From Candidatus Eiseniibacteriota bacterium (GTDB taxonomy: Bacteria; Eisenbacteria; RBG-16-71-46): a stretch of 64,000 nucleotides of DNA. The notes under the pieces were generated by a model. It was not told the origin of the DNA and searched no databases. It worked only from the letters and a program-made list of their open reading frames with translations. The translations under genes were made by a program, and so were the position numbers. Positions 8,747 through 18,936 of the stretch are shown here, piece by piece (positions within the stretch are counted from its first letter, which is position 1; every line of letters begins with the position of its first letter). The stretch lies in contig CAVUWA010000001.1 in NCBI GenBank assembly GCA_963744995.1, forward strand, positions 64,001 to 128,000. The letters are read 5' to 3'.

Positions 8747-9840
8747 CCCGTGATCGAGAACGAACGGCCGAGGTCATCGTACAACGCCTCGTAGGCGGCC
8801 GCGGCCGCCTGCGGCGCGTAACGGGTTTCGTAGCGCGCGCGCCCCGCCGCTCCCATGGCCGCGCCGTCGCGCGGCAATGCACGCAGCGCCTCGAGCCACG
8901 GGCCGGCCTCCATGGGCAGCGTCGCTCCGCCCGCGCCGATGGTCTCGACCAGCGGCTCGAGGTCACTGGCCAGCACCGGCCGGCGCTCGCGCCACGCCTC
9001 GAGCACGACCAGCGGCAGGTCGGTCTTCGCGTGCAGCGAGCGCGCCGGGAACAGCAGGGCCTCGCTGGCGGCGATCAGCGCCGGCATGTCGGGCACGGTG
9101 GAGGCGAAGCGCACGCGCGCGCCCAGGTCCCGCTGCCGCGCTTCCGCCTCGAACGCCGCACGTGCGGCTGCCGCAGACGGCGTCTTCGCGCGCCCGGTCA
9201 TGAGCAGCACCGGCAGATCGTCCGCCTGCGCCCAGACCTCGAGCAGCAGCGCGTGCCCGCCCGAAAACTCGAAGTCGCCCGGATAGATCACGAACGGAGC
9301 GGTCACCCCGGCATGGGCGCGTGCCGCCAGGGCGCGTTGCCCGGACACCGGCGGCACCTCCTCGATGACCGGCGGAATCACCGCATGCGTCGTCCCGCCC
9401 GCCGCCTCGAACGCGCGTGCGGTCGCATGGGTGAGCGTCACGGTGCGGTCGGCGAACAGCAGCGCCGGCGACGCCGCCCGCGGCGCGCTCAGGACGGTGT
9501 GAACGCAGCGGCGGCCGCAGGCACGGGCGAGCCACCGCGCGGCCCGCACGGCCGGCGGGTGCGGCTGGAAGAAGAAGTGCAGGAGGTCGAACGTGCGTCG
9601 CCGCCGCCAGACCCCCAGCATCATGCGCAGGTGCTCGCCCGCACCCGGACGATGGCGTCCGGCATCGCGGTAGACCGGCACCGGCTCCACCCACGAAGGC
9701 CACGGAGCGGCGTCGCCCTTCCGCACCAGGACCGACCACGTGTGGCGGCCGCTCGCCCCGAGCGCCAGGGCTCTCGGCACCAGCTTGCCGCTGTCGTTCC
9801 ACGGTTCGACCAGCGGTTTGGTCACCAGCAGCACCCTCAT
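8743..9840 (-). CDS. Glycosyltransferase family 4 protein
   Basis: MRVLLVTKP...; the C-terminal domain has DMPALIAASEALLFP and DLPLVVLEAW...PVLASD. ATGA overlap with the upstream gene. Confidence 0.82.
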   Translation of the reverse strand: MRVLLVTKPLVEPWNDSGKLVPRALALGASGRHTWSVLVRKGDAAPWPSWVEPVPVYRDAGRHRPGAGEHLRMMLGVWRRRRTFDLLHFFFQPHPPAVRAARWLARACGRRCVHTVLSAPRAASPALLFADRTVTLTHATARAFEAAGGTTHAVIPPVIEEVPPVSGQRALAARAHAGVTAPFVIYPGDFEFSGGHALLLEVWAQADDLPVLLMTGRAKTPSAAAARAAFEAEARQRDLGARVRFASTVPDMPALIAASEALLFPARSLHAKTDLPLVVLEAWRERRPVLASDLEPLVETIGAGGATLPMEAGPWLEALRALPRDGAAMGAAGRARYETRYAPQAAAAAYEALYDDLGRSFSITG

Positions 9841-10613
9841 CCGGACGCCCCCGGCGGCCGCGCACCGGCCGCCCGCGCCGCTCCCCCGAACACGGGGCGC
9901 GCCCGGGCCGCGCGTCGCGCGATGCCGAGCCACAGGATCCTCGCCAGGATGCGCGGCGGATCACGCAGGGGATCGATGCCCGACACTTCGTCGCCGTAGC
10001 GCGCAGTGACCGGCACCTCGACGACGCGGGCGCGGAGGCGGTGCGCCTCGATCCGCACGAATGCCGGGAAGCCGTAGCCGGCCGGCAGCCCCGCGCGGGC
10101 GAGGCGCGCGAGGAAAGCCGCCGAGGCAGCCGTGAACCCGCACTGGCTGTCGCCGACGCGCACCCCCGCGGCCCATCCGGTCGCGGCGCTCAGCAGCCGG
10201 TTGCCCCACTGCCTGAAGACGGGCATGCGGCCGCGCGGTCGCCCGCCGGCAAAGCGCACGCCCTGTACGTAGTCGGCGCGCCCCTCCGCCACCGGTCCGG
10301 CCACGCGGTCGAGCTCGTTCATGTCCATCTGCCCGTCCGCGGCCACGACTGCCGTGACGTCCGCGCCCAGCGCGTGTGCGCGCGTATAACCGCTGAGGAT
10401 CGCGGCGCCGACGCCGAGACCTTCCTCGTGGCGGATCGCAACGACGCGCGGGTCGCGCCACGCCTGGATCTCGTTCCAGGTCCCGTCGCGGCTGCCGTCG
10501 TCCACCACGATCACCCGCCACACCCAGGCCGGAATCGTGGCCAGCACGCCGGGCAGCAGGCGCGCTTCGTCACGCGCGGGAATCACCAGCGCGACCCGGG
10601 CGTCGCCGTTCAT
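9837..10613 (-). CDS. Glycosyltransferase family 2 (DPM1-like)
   Basis: VIPARDEA, VVDDGSRDGT, GVGAAILSGY, AADGQMD, DSQCGFTA. Confidence 0.88.
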   Translation of the reverse strand: MNGDARVALVIPARDEARLLPGVLATIPAWVWRVIVVDDGSRDGTWNEIQAWRDPRVVAIRHEEGLGVGAAILSGYTRAHALGADVTAVVAADGQMDMNELDRVAGPVAEGRADYVQGVRFAGGRPRGRMPVFRQWGNRLLSAATGWAAGVRVGDSQCGFTAASAAFLARLARAGLPAGYGFPAFVRIEAHRLRARVVEVPVTARYGDEVSGIDPLRDPPRILARILWLGIARRAARARPVFGGAARAAGARPPGASG

Positions 10614-11857
10614 CGGGCCCTCCCGAACGCGAGCGCCGGGCGGGCCGCGCCACCGGGTTCAGGCACGAGGGCCGCCGAGAGCAGGCGGTCCCATGCGCTC
10701 AGTGCGCGTTCCGGGTGATACGCCCGGCCTGCCGCCCGCGCCCCGCCGGCGAGCCGCGCGAGGCGTTCGCGGTCGGCGGCGAAGCGCCCGAGCGCCGCAG
10801 CCAGCGAGCGGGCGGCGGCCGCGGGCCCGCCGCTGGCGTCGAAGACGTCGCCCGCGCCGTGCGCGCGGAGCAGCCCCGCGAGCGCACCGCCGTCGGACGA
10901 CAGCACCGGGAGCCCCGCCGCGAGCGCGCTGGTCGCCGCATGCGGCAGGCCTTCGGTGCGCCCCGAACGCATGCGCAGCGACGGCACCACCAGCAGGTCC
11001 GCCTCCCCGAGCGCCGTCATGAGCGCCGCGCCGCTCAGCACGCCCGGAAACGTGACGCGCGCGCGCACGTGGCGGGCGGCGGCCCGCAGCGCACGCTCTT
11101 CCCCGCCCGCGCCGGCCAGCACGACCTCGATCGGCGCATCGCCGAGGCGGCGCACGGCCTCGACCAGCAGCGTCGCGCCCTTGATCGGCTCGAAGCGGCC
11201 GAGGAACAGGACCCGCAGCGGTCCGGCGTGGCGTGCCTCCCGCCGTCCGCCGGGCGCAGGATCCGCCGGCAACGGGGCAGTCGCCACGTCGCATCCGCCC
11301 AGCGCGGCGCCGACGCGGGCGGCGGTGAGCGCGGCCGGAGCCGTGAGGCGCGTGCGGGCGAAGCGCGCCGCCAGCCGCGCGCGCATACCGGGCACTCTCG
11401 CCAGCCGCTCGGCGAGGTGGACGTCGGCGCCGTGCGCGGTCGCCACGTGCGGCAGCCCTGCGCCGGCCGCGACGCCCGCACCCAGCCACCCCGACGGCAG
11501 CAGCCAGTGGCTCCACACGAGGTCGAACCTGCCCGAGCCGGCGTGGCGTCGGGCGGCGCGCGCGAGCGCGTCGCACATTCCCGGGACCGCTGCGAGCCGC
11601 CACGGCGAGGCGGCGAGACGCTCGGGGATCCCGCCGGCGTGCACGAGCCCCGCGCTCCGCCCCGGAAAATCGAGCGCCTCGAGCGTGACCGCGCCGCGCG
11701 TCGCGCGGAGCGGGCCGCCGGCGGGCGCCGGGGTCAGCACGTGAAACGCCCAGCCCTGCGCGCCGAGCCCGTCGAGCAGGCGCTCGATGAAGCGCCCGGA
11801 AAGGCTGTCCTCGCGAAGCGGGTACGAGGTGGTGAGCACGAGCGCGCGCACGCTCAC
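10610..11857 (-). CDS. Glycosyltransferase family 4 protein
   Basis: C-terminal part of the 992-aa track ORF. VLTTSYP, SHWLLPSG, TAHGADV, LFLGRFEPIKG, ADLLVVPS, EGLPHAATSALAAGLPV. GTG 11857 overlaps the flippase stop. Confidence 0.85.
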   Translation of the reverse strand: MSVRALVLTTSYPLREDSLSGRFIERLLDGLGAQGWAFHVLTPAPAGGPLRATRGAVTLEALDFPGRSAGLVHAGGIPERLAASPWRLAAVPGMCDALARAARRHAGSGRFDLVWSHWLLPSGWLGAGVAAGAGLPHVATAHGADVHLAERLARVPGMRARLAARFARTRLTAPAALTAARVGAALGGCDVATAPLPADPAPGGRREARHAGPLRVLFLGRFEPIKGATLLVEAVRRLGDAPIEVVLAGAGGEERALRAAARHVRARVTFPGVLSGAALMTALGEADLLVVPSLRMRSGRTEGLPHAATSALAAGLPVLSSDGGALAGLLRAHGAGDVFDASGGPAAAARSLAAALGRFAADRERLARLAGGARAAGRAYHPERALSAWDRLLSAALVPEPGGAARPALAFGRAR

Positions 11858-13326
11858 CCTCCTGCCGCCGCCAGGGCGCGCCGCGGCCGGATTTCGCCGG
11901 AGAGCGCGAGCGCCCCGAGCAGGGTCGCGCCGAGCACCGCGAGCTTCACCAGCAGCATCAGTCCGTGCGCCGGCCAGAAGAACGCGAGCGCGCCGAGCAG
12001 CGCCGCGATCACCACGCCGCGTGCGAAGCTCGCGTACGGCACGAACCCGCCGAAGCGGCGCGTCGCGACGCCGAGCCCGAGCGCGAGGCCGAGGCCCATC
12101 CCCGCCAGATCGCCGAACGCCGCGCCGGCGGGGCCCAGGGTTCCGAACGCGGCCGCGCCCGCAGCGACCTGCCCGGCGAGCGCCACGGCGAGGACGACCA
12201 CGCCGTCGCGCGGACGCCCGGCGCCCGCGAGCGCGCTGGCGAGCAGGTAGGCCACGGTCCACGCGGCATAGGCCGGGGCGAGCAGGGCCAGCCAGGCGCC
12301 GCCCGCGCGATAGGCCTCGCCGTACAGCAGCGCCACCAGGTCGCCGCCCATCACGCCGAGCACCGCGGCCGCGGGCAGCAGAGTCACCGACAGGTAGCGC
12401 AGCGCGCCACGCAGGATGTCGCGCGCCGCGCCCGGATCGGGCTGGTCGCCGAGGCGCGCGAGGTTCGGAAACACCACCAGCACCAGCGGAATGAGCATCT
12501 GGTACAGCAGCTGCGACAGCGTGAGCGCCGCGCGGTAGAGCCCCGCGGTCTGATTCGCGACCTCGGGCGCCGCGAGCCGCTTGACCACCCAGAGGTCCGC
12601 GCTGAGCACGAAGTTCGCGACCAGCGTGAGCCCGAGCAGCCAGCCGCCGAACGTGAACAGCTCGCGCGTGTCGAACGCGCCGTGCGGCTTGTCCTCGCGC
12701 CGCAGCACCAGGAAGGACACGCCGAGCACGGAGAAGGCGGCGAGCGCAAAGCCGCCGGCCGCACCGGCGACGCCGAGCCCGAGCCAGACCGCGCCGAGGA
12801 TGAAACTGACCTTGAGCGTCGAGTAGGTCATGTCGAGGCCGGCCTGGCGCGGGAAGAGACGCCGGCCGTTGAGGAACCCCACGTTGACGGCATAGAGCGC
12901 GTACGCGAAGACGATGGACGCCGCGATCCGGAGCGGCGTGACCAGCTCCGGATCGTGGAACCAGCGCCCGATCCACGGCGCCGCGAGCACGAGGCCGAGG
13001 AACAGCATCGTTCCCACTGCGAACTGCACCCGCATCGCGCGCCGCATCACGGTGCCGGCACGGTCGGCGTCGCGTGCGACGAAGCGCGCCACCGTCTGGA
13101 GGCTCGCCGCGATGAGCACGTTGTTGAGCACCGAGACGATCGAGATCACCACCGCGTACAGGCCGAAGCGTTCGGGGCCCAGCAGGCGCGTGAGGCCGAA
13201 GTAGATCGCGTAGCCGGACACCACGAACCACGCCTTGGCCAGGGTGATGACGGCGACGCCGGAGGCCATGCGGGGTGATGCGGCGGGCCGGTCCGCCGCA
13301 CGTGGGGAGGTCGGGGGATCTTGCAT
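11854..13326 (-). CDS. wzx: Oligosaccharide flippase (Wzx/MOP family)
   Basis: About 14 TM helices. LTRLLGPERFGLYAVV near the N-terminus; D-containing loop and AGLYRAA in the second half. Confidence 0.85.
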   Translation of the reverse strand: MQDPPTSPRAADRPAASPRMASGVAVITLAKAWFVVSGYAIYFGLTRLLGPERFGLYAVVISIVSVLNNVLIAASLQTVARFVARDADRAGTVMRRAMRVQFAVGTMLFLGLVLAAPWIGRWFHDPELVTPLRIAASIVFAYALYAVNVGFLNGRRLFPRQAGLDMTYSTLKVSFILGAVWLGLGVAGAAGGFALAAFSVLGVSFLVLRREDKPHGAFDTRELFTFGGWLLGLTLVANFVLSADLWVVKRLAAPEVANQTAGLYRAALTLSQLLYQMLIPLVLVVFPNLARLGDQPDPGAARDILRGALRYLSVTLLPAAAVLGVMGGDLVALLYGEAYRAGGAWLALLAPAYAAWTVAYLLASALAGAGRPRDGVVVLAVALAGQVAAGAAAFGTLGPAGAAFGDLAGMGLGLALGLGVATRRFGGFVPYASFARGVVIAALLGALAFFWPAHGLMLLVKLAVLGATLLGALALSGEIRPRRALAAAGG

Positions 13327-13377
13327 GAGAGCGGATAAGTCTACGTGGCGGCCGCGCGACCGGCAATGCCTCGACGT

Positions 13378-14679
13378 TCAGGCCCCGGCGCGGGCCACCC
13401 GGGCGAGGCCGAGAGCGATCGTGAAGGCGACGAACGGAGCGATCGGAACGGAGTGGCGGAAGATGGCGAAGAACGGCAGGTAGAGTCCCCAGGTCACCCA
13501 CACGATCGCGTGGCATGCGAGCAGCGGGCCACGCCAGCGGCGCTCGGGCCATGCACGCCACGTGCCCCAGGCGAGCAGCAGCAGCCACAGCGCGCTCGAA
13601 GCGAGGAGGACCCGCGTCTTGAGGACGGAGGCCGAGGCCGACCAGAAGTCCACGGCGTTCCGCGCCATCTTGCGGACCAGATAGGAAGGCGATCGGAACT
13701 TCTCGAGCATGATCGTCCGGTACTTCGCCTCCTGGGCCAGGTCGCCGCGGGCGTCCAGCCCGGCCGGGTAGACGAATCCGGCCGGCTCGCGGATCACTTC
13801 GGGTGGGAACGAGTCATCGGGGACGGACGCAAAATCGACCCGGTCCCGACCGGTGCGGGCGAGCCAGTCGTGCGCCTGATCGTAGCGATCGTCGTGGTAC
13901 GCGTTGTACCAGACCAGCGAATGGAACGGGACGAACGCCCCGCTCACGCGATAGTTACGGACCCACCAGGGTGACATGGTGACCGCCCACGCGACCACGA
14001 GGACCACGACCACGCCGGGGCCGACTCGGCGGCGCAGCACCTCCACGCCGAGCCACGCGCAGGCGACGGCGAGCATGACGACACCCGAGCCGCGGGTGAG
14101 GCAGGCGAGGCCGATCGCCACCCCCAGCCCGAGGGCCGCGGTGCGGGTCGGCGCGCGCACGATGCGCAGCAGCAGCACGAAGCTCACGACCATCCAGAGC
14201 GTGAGCATCGTCTCGGAGCTGCCCTTCCCCGCGTAGTAGAAGCTGGTCGGCCAGAAAGCGAACAGCAGCCCACCGAAAATCGCCGCGCCGGGCCCCACCC
14301 AGGTCATGAGCGCGAGCGTGATCAGCGCCGCCGACGCGCCGTGGCACACCATGTCGGTGAAGCTGACCACGCGCAGCGAGCGATCGCCGGTCAACCGGAA
14401 CAGCGCCGCGAGATACAGCGGGTAGACCGGCCCACGCATCACCGTCTCACGCGTGGGGTCGCCGGAACTCGCGCTGTAGGCACCATATTGCGCGATGTTG
14501 AGGGCGATCTCGTCGTACTCGTCGCTGAGCCCGGTGGCTACCGAATTCATGAACACCGGTCGGGCCACGGCCACCGCCCCGACGCCCGCCGTGGACACGA
14601 CCAGGAAGACGATCAGCGGCGCCACGCCGGCGCGGTGCAGAATCGGTAGGCGGCGTTGCGCCGCGGGGAGCTCGCTCAT
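13378..14679 (-). CDS. GT-C fold membrane glycosyltransferase (GT39/ArnT-like)
   Basis: SDEYDEIALNI, RGPVYPLYLA, SETML, GLACLTRG, SPWWVRNYRVSG, many TM helices. ATG 14679. Confidence 0.8.
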   Translation of the reverse strand: MSELPAAQRRLPILHRAGVAPLIVFLVVSTAGVGAVAVARPVFMNSVATGLSDEYDEIALNIAQYGAYSASSGDPTRETVMRGPVYPLYLAALFRLTGDRSLRVVSFTDMVCHGASAALITLALMTWVGPGAAIFGGLLFAFWPTSFYYAGKGSSETMLTLWMVVSFVLLLRIVRAPTRTAALGLGVAIGLACLTRGSGVVMLAVACAWLGVEVLRRRVGPGVVVVLVVAWAVTMSPWWVRNYRVSGAFVPFHSLVWYNAYHDDRYDQAHDWLARTGRDRVDFASVPDDSFPPEVIREPAGFVYPAGLDARGDLAQEAKYRTIMLEKFRSPSYLVRKMARNAVDFWSASASVLKTRVLLASSALWLLLLAWGTWRAWPERRWRGPLLACHAIVWVTWGLYLPFFAIFRHSVPIAPFVAFTIALGLARVARAGA

Positions 14680-14750
14680 GAACGGTGAATCATCCTCACT
14701 CCCATGCCGGGCGGTCAACTCATGCTTCGTGCGCCGGGGTGACCCGGCGT

Positions 14751-15686
14751 TCAGCCGCGGTGCGGCTTCCCGCCCAGCGCGACGCGGATCCGCTCCCACG
14801 CGCCGACGTACTTGGCGAGCAGCGCCACCCCGACCACCTGGCAGCGCCAGAGGAAACGCGGCGGATCCGCGCTCGCGAGAATACGCGCATAGAACGGCAG
14901 CGCCGGCATGAGGCTCCTCATCAGATCCACGGCTCGCCTGGCCGGGGGCGCCGTGCGCGAAAGCATCTGCCACGTACCCCCCGCGACGCGCGCCTCGCGC
15001 CGGCACGTTTCGACCAGCGAACGGCGCGCCGGGTGCCGGACGAGCGCTCCTTCCGCGTAGGCCCCCGCGAGGCCCAGGGCCGTTGCACGCCGGCCCCATT
15101 CCATGTCTCCACCCGAACGCAGATCCGCGTCGAACGGCCCCACGCGTTCGAACGCCGCGCGCGTCGTGAACATGTTGGCGGTGGCGGCGAATTGCCGCTC
15201 GGCGACGTTCCAGTCCTGGCGAAAACGCAGCACCGTGAGGTCGTAGAGCTCCGCAGCCGTCGGATGCGCGGGATCGTGCGCGAACGTGTCCACACGGCCG
15301 GCCACGAAGCCGGGCGCGGCCGGCGCGAGGAGCGCAGCGACGCCGTGCTCGACCCACCCGGGCGCAGGGATGCAGTCGGCGTCGGTGAACGCGAACACGT
15401 CGCCGCGCGCTTCCCGGACGCCGCGGTTACGTGCCGCATAGGAGCCGGGTCGCGGCTCGGCGACGAGACGCCCCCGCGGCGTGGCCGAGATCGCCGTGCT
15501 CAAGTCCTCCGGCGCGCCGTTGTCCACCACGATGATCTCCAGCCGATCCGCGGGCCAGCTCTGGCGGGAGAGCGGATCGAGGCAGCGGGCCAGCACCTCC
15601 GCGCGCTCGCGGGCCGGCACGATGATCGAGACGAACGGTGGCGCCGTGGCTGAGGCCACCTGATCCATCCCGCGGGGCTCAGCCAT
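14751..15686 (-). CDS. Glycosyltransferase family 2 protein
   Basis: FVSIIVP, EIIVVDNG, GSYAARNRG, FAFTDADC, TANMF, RSGGDMEW. Confidence 0.9.
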   Translation of the reverse strand: MAEPRGMDQVASATAPPFVSIIVPARERAEVLARCLDPLSRQSWPADRLEIIVVDNGAPEDLSTAISATPRGRLVAEPRPGSYAARNRGVREARGDVFAFTDADCIPAPGWVEHGVAALLAPAAPGFVAGRVDTFAHDPAHPTAAELYDLTVLRFRQDWNVAERQFAATANMFTTRAAFERVGPFDADLRSGGDMEWGRRATALGLAGAYAEGALVRHPARRSLVETCRREARVAGGTWQMLSRTAPPARRAVDLMRSLMPALPFYARILASADPPRFLWRCQVVGVALLAKYVGAWERIRVALGGKPHRG

Positions 15687-16890
15687 GGGCAAGGCCCTCG
15701 AGGCGCTCGACGAGGCGGTCGTTGAGCCCACGCACGTCGAAGCGACGCTCGACTCGAGCGCGTGCAGCGCGACTCATCCGGATGGCTTCGTCGGGGGCCG
15801 CGACCATTTCGGCGATCGCATCGGCCAGCGCCGCGTCATCGCGCTCCGCAACGAGGCGGCCCGAGACCCGGTCTTCCACCAGCTCGGGAATTCCGCTGTG
15901 GCGGCTGCTCACGACCGGCAGCCCGGCGGCCATGGCCTCCATCAGGACCACCGGGATGCCCTCCTGGTCGCCGTCGGCAGCAGTGACGCTCGGCGCGAGC
16001 AGCACGTGTGCACGGTCGATGGCGGCCCGAACCGAGGACTGGTCCTGCCAGCCCGAGACCGTCACGCGATCCGCCATGCCGAGCCGCGCCGCCTCCCGTT
16101 CGATGGACTCCCGGAGCGGCCCGTCGCCGATGATCTCGTAGCGGAGGTCCAGGCCCTGCGCCGCAAGGCGCGCCACCGCGCGCACGCCGAAGAGGATGCC
16201 CTTCTTTTCCACGAGGCGGCTCACGGAGAGCAGCCGAAGCGGCGCGCCGGGCGAGGGGCGTCGCTCGACGAAGGCGAACCGGCCGCAGTCGATGCCCATG
16301 CGGTGAACGTGCGTGCGGACCTCTGGAGCGCCGTGGCGGACGAGCTTCCTGCGCCAGTGTTCGCTGATCGGCAGGAACAACGCGCCCTCGCGGAACAACG
16401 CCCGGTAGAGATCAGGACGCGCATCGAGATGCAGCGACACATCGGCGCCGTGGAAGAACGTGACGAGGGGTCCGCCCAGCACCCCGGCGCGGCGCAGCAT
16501 CACCGCGAGATTTCCGTTCCAGCCGAAGTGGCAGAGGACGGCGTCGAAGGCGCGCCGCGGCGCCAATGACGAGGCCCTGTAGAGGAGCTGCAGTGAAACC
16601 CCATCCCTGCCGAAACGTGGATCGAGGGTCCGCGCCAGCGCCGGATGGCGGGCCAGCATGCCGAGAGCACGCGCCACGCGCGCGCCGCGGTGGCGTGGAA
16701 ACGACGGCCAGTATGTCGTCCTTTCGATCAGGCCGTAGCGGGCCACGTCCGCGTGGGCGAGCGCGCCTGTCGGCCGCTGCGCGAACATACGCACGTCGTG
16801 GCCACGGTCGAGGAGCCCCGTGATCTGGTTCAGAATGAAGGTTTCGGAGACGACCGGAAACGGGTCGGCCAGCACGAACGCCACGGTCAT
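15679..16890 (-). CDS. wcaL: GT4 glycosyltransferase, WcaL/AmsK-like
   Basis: FPVVSETFILNQITGL, CHFG, FHGADVS, LPISEHWRRKL, HRMGID, SRLVEKKG, PSVTAADGDQEGIPVVLMEAMAAGLPVVSSRHSGIPELVED. Confidence 0.88.
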   Translation of the reverse strand: MTVAFVLADPFPVVSETFILNQITGLLDRGHDVRMFAQRPTGALAHADVARYGLIERTTYWPSFPRHRGARVARALGMLARHPALARTLDPRFGRDGVSLQLLYRASSLAPRRAFDAVLCHFGWNGNLAVMLRRAGVLGGPLVTFFHGADVSLHLDARPDLYRALFREGALFLPISEHWRRKLVRHGAPEVRTHVHRMGIDCGRFAFVERRPSPGAPLRLLSVSRLVEKKGILFGVRAVARLAAQGLDLRYEIIGDGPLRESIEREAARLGMADRVTVSGWQDQSSVRAAIDRAHVLLAPSVTAADGDQEGIPVVLMEAMAAGLPVVSSRHSGIPELVEDRVSGRLVAERDDAALADAIAEMVAAPDEAIRMSRAARARVERRFDVRGLNDRLVERLEGLAHG

Positions 16891-17187
16891 GGGCGTCTCA
16901 CGATCGGAGGGTGCGACTCATTCGGAACGGGGTGGCGCGCGGCGTGGTGAGGATCTCCGGAGGACGTTGCGCGGGCCGCGCCTCGCCGTCCAGCGGGCGA
17001 ACTCGCTTCCACAGCGCCGGGACCGGCCCCGGATCGGACCGCAACGAGTCTATCAGGTCGGCCGCGGGCACCCCAGCGGGAGGGCGCGCGGAGGGACCCG
17101 TTCTCCCCGGACGCCACGCGGGGCAAATCACCCGCAGCCGCGCGAGCCCGCGCCCCGCAATCCGCTCGCGGGCCGCGCCCTCGCAGC

Positions 17188-17217
17188 TTGCCGCGGTTCC
17201 GGAGCGGCCGGTAAAAT
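17188..17217 (+). promoter_or_regulatory. Putative sigma70 promoter of the plus-strand glycan cassette
   Basis: TTGCCG-N18-TAAAAT in the divergent intergenic region. Confidence 0.4.
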
Positions 17218-17411
17218 CATCGCGTTCGTCGCTCGTCCCCTCCCAAGGACTCCCCGATTCGAAGCTTCAAGCCCCAGGATCCGAAGCCCGGCATGACCGC
17301 ACTCCAGTGTGACGGGCGAAAAGTCGCCCACTCGCGGCACGGCGCGGCATCGCCCCTTCGCCGAGCCGCCGGCCTGCGCCCAAGGCCCCCGCGCCACGCT
17401 CAGAGGCACCC

Positions 17412-18884
17412 GTGAAAGCGACCGTCACATCGCTCATGACGCGTCTCGAGCCGATCACGAAGCGCATCTTCCCGGCGCTCACCCTGATCGCCGCCGGCAT
17501 GCTCATCGGAACCATGTACGTGAGGCCGAACAAGCGGGTGATCGCGGTCATGGTGGCAGTCATCCTCTCCGGCCTCGCGTGGCGCTTCGACATGGTCTGG
17601 GGTCTCGGCGTGCTCGTCCTGACGGTCCCATACCCGCGGGGGACGGTCTTCGGCACCAGTAACGTAGCTCTGATCCTCGTGCTCCTGGTGATCTGGCTGC
17701 TGCGTATTACGCAGCGCCAGGCACTGCCGCCGCGGCGATCACCCGTGGACCTGCCGATCGCCGGCCTGCTCATCGCGTTCATCGTATCCATGTACAACGT
17801 ACAGGGGGAACCCAACACGGGCCTCGCGCTCCAGAACATGCAGATTCTGATCGCGTGCGTGTTCATGTTCTACCTGATCGTCGGCAATGTAAGGACCGAA
17901 CGGACCCTCCGGCGCTTCCACTACTTTCAGACGCTCTCGCTCCTGACGATCATGCTGCTGGCTGTATACGAGCTCAACCATCCCGGGCAGGATTTCATTC
18001 CCGGCTGGATCAGCTTCAAGAACACGATGGGCGACGAATTCAACCTCAAGAACGTCCGCGTCGGCGGGCCATTCTTCGACTACGAGCTGCTCGCGGAGTT
18101 CTCGGCCATCAACATGCTGCTGATCCTGTTTCTTCTCGCCCGCGCGCGATCGCGCGCGCGGCAGGCGCTCTTCGGCAGCATTCTTCTGCTCACCACCTTC
18201 ATTCTCTTCGCCACCGTCACGCGGGGTGCAATCATCTCGCTCACGATCGCCCTGGGGTACATGCTGTGGATCGTGCGCCGCCGTGTGAAGTTCGTGCCAC
18301 TCGTGATTGGCTTGACGGCCGCAGTGTCCCTGTTCGTCGCGATGAACTACTACGTTGCCGACTTCACGCGTTCGGGAGATCTACTGAGTCGGCTCGAAGG
18401 AACCACCTTCGTGGGCCTCGTCCCCGACAGCAGGCAGTCGGCATGGCGCGACGGCTGGGAGCGCTTTCTGCAGCACCCGATCATCGGGCATGGTCCGTAC
18501 TATTCACTGCAAACAGGAACCCGGTCCTGGTTCTGGCCACACAACGGTTATCTGTACATTGCAAATCTCGTGGGGATCGTCGGGATCTCCTTCTACATCT
18601 GGCTTCTCTTCCGGCTGATCCTATTGACACGGCCGCGGGTCGACAGCATGAGACACCCGGAGTATTCGCGAGCCTACCTGATCGTGGGTCACCTCCAGCT
18701 CGTGTTGTTTGCGATCGACCAAGTCAAGATCGACTTCATGCGAAACAAGATCTACCAGTTCGAAGTGTGGATCATGTTCGCGGGAATCACGTCCGCCTAC
18801 CTGATCGCTCAGGAGCAGCGGGCACGCGCCGCAGCGCACGGTGCAGAGCCCGGACCGTGGCCGGCACGGGCCGGAGCGGCCTGA
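17412..18884 (+). CDS. wzy: O-antigen ligase / Wzy polymerase family protein
   Basis: About 12 TM helices. RVGGPF, TVTRGAII, R...WRDGWERFLQHPIIGHG, and PHNGYL (Wzy_C-type His motif). Polymerase versus ligase cannot be distinguished. Confidence 0.82.
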   Translation: MKATVTSLMTRLEPITKRIFPALTLIAAGMLIGTMYVRPNKRVIAVMVAVILSGLAWRFDMVWGLGVLVLTVPYPRGTVFGTSNVALILVLLVIWLLRITQRQALPPRRSPVDLPIAGLLIAFIVSMYNVQGEPNTGLALQNMQILIACVFMFYLIVGNVRTERTLRRFHYFQTLSLLTIMLLAVYELNHPGQDFIPGWISFKNTMGDEFNLKNVRVGGPFFDYELLAEFSAINMLLILFLLARARSRARQALFGSILLLTTFILFATVTRGAIISLTIALGYMLWIVRRRVKFVPLVIGLTAAVSLFVAMNYYVADFTRSGDLLSRLEGTTFVGLVPDSRQSAWRDGWERFLQHPIIGHGPYYSLQTGTRSWFWPHNGYLYIANLVGIVGISFYIWLLFRLILLTRPRVDSMRHPEYSRAYLIVGHLQLVLFAIDQVKIDFMRNKIYQFEVWIMFAGITSAYLIAQEQRARAAAHGAEPGPWPARAGAA

Positions 18885-18936
18885 TGGAGCGCCGCAGGGC
18901 GGACGGGGTCGCGTGCCCACACCGCGCGCGGGTCGG

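Noticed and set aside
10610..13588. Apparent 992-aa fusion protein
   Set aside because: Only the last ~415 aa are GT4-like. The rest is an off-frame read of the flippase, and a GTG start overlaps the flippase stop. The same artefact extends several other track ORFs (e.g. 13378-15357, 30409-32268, 58557-60611).
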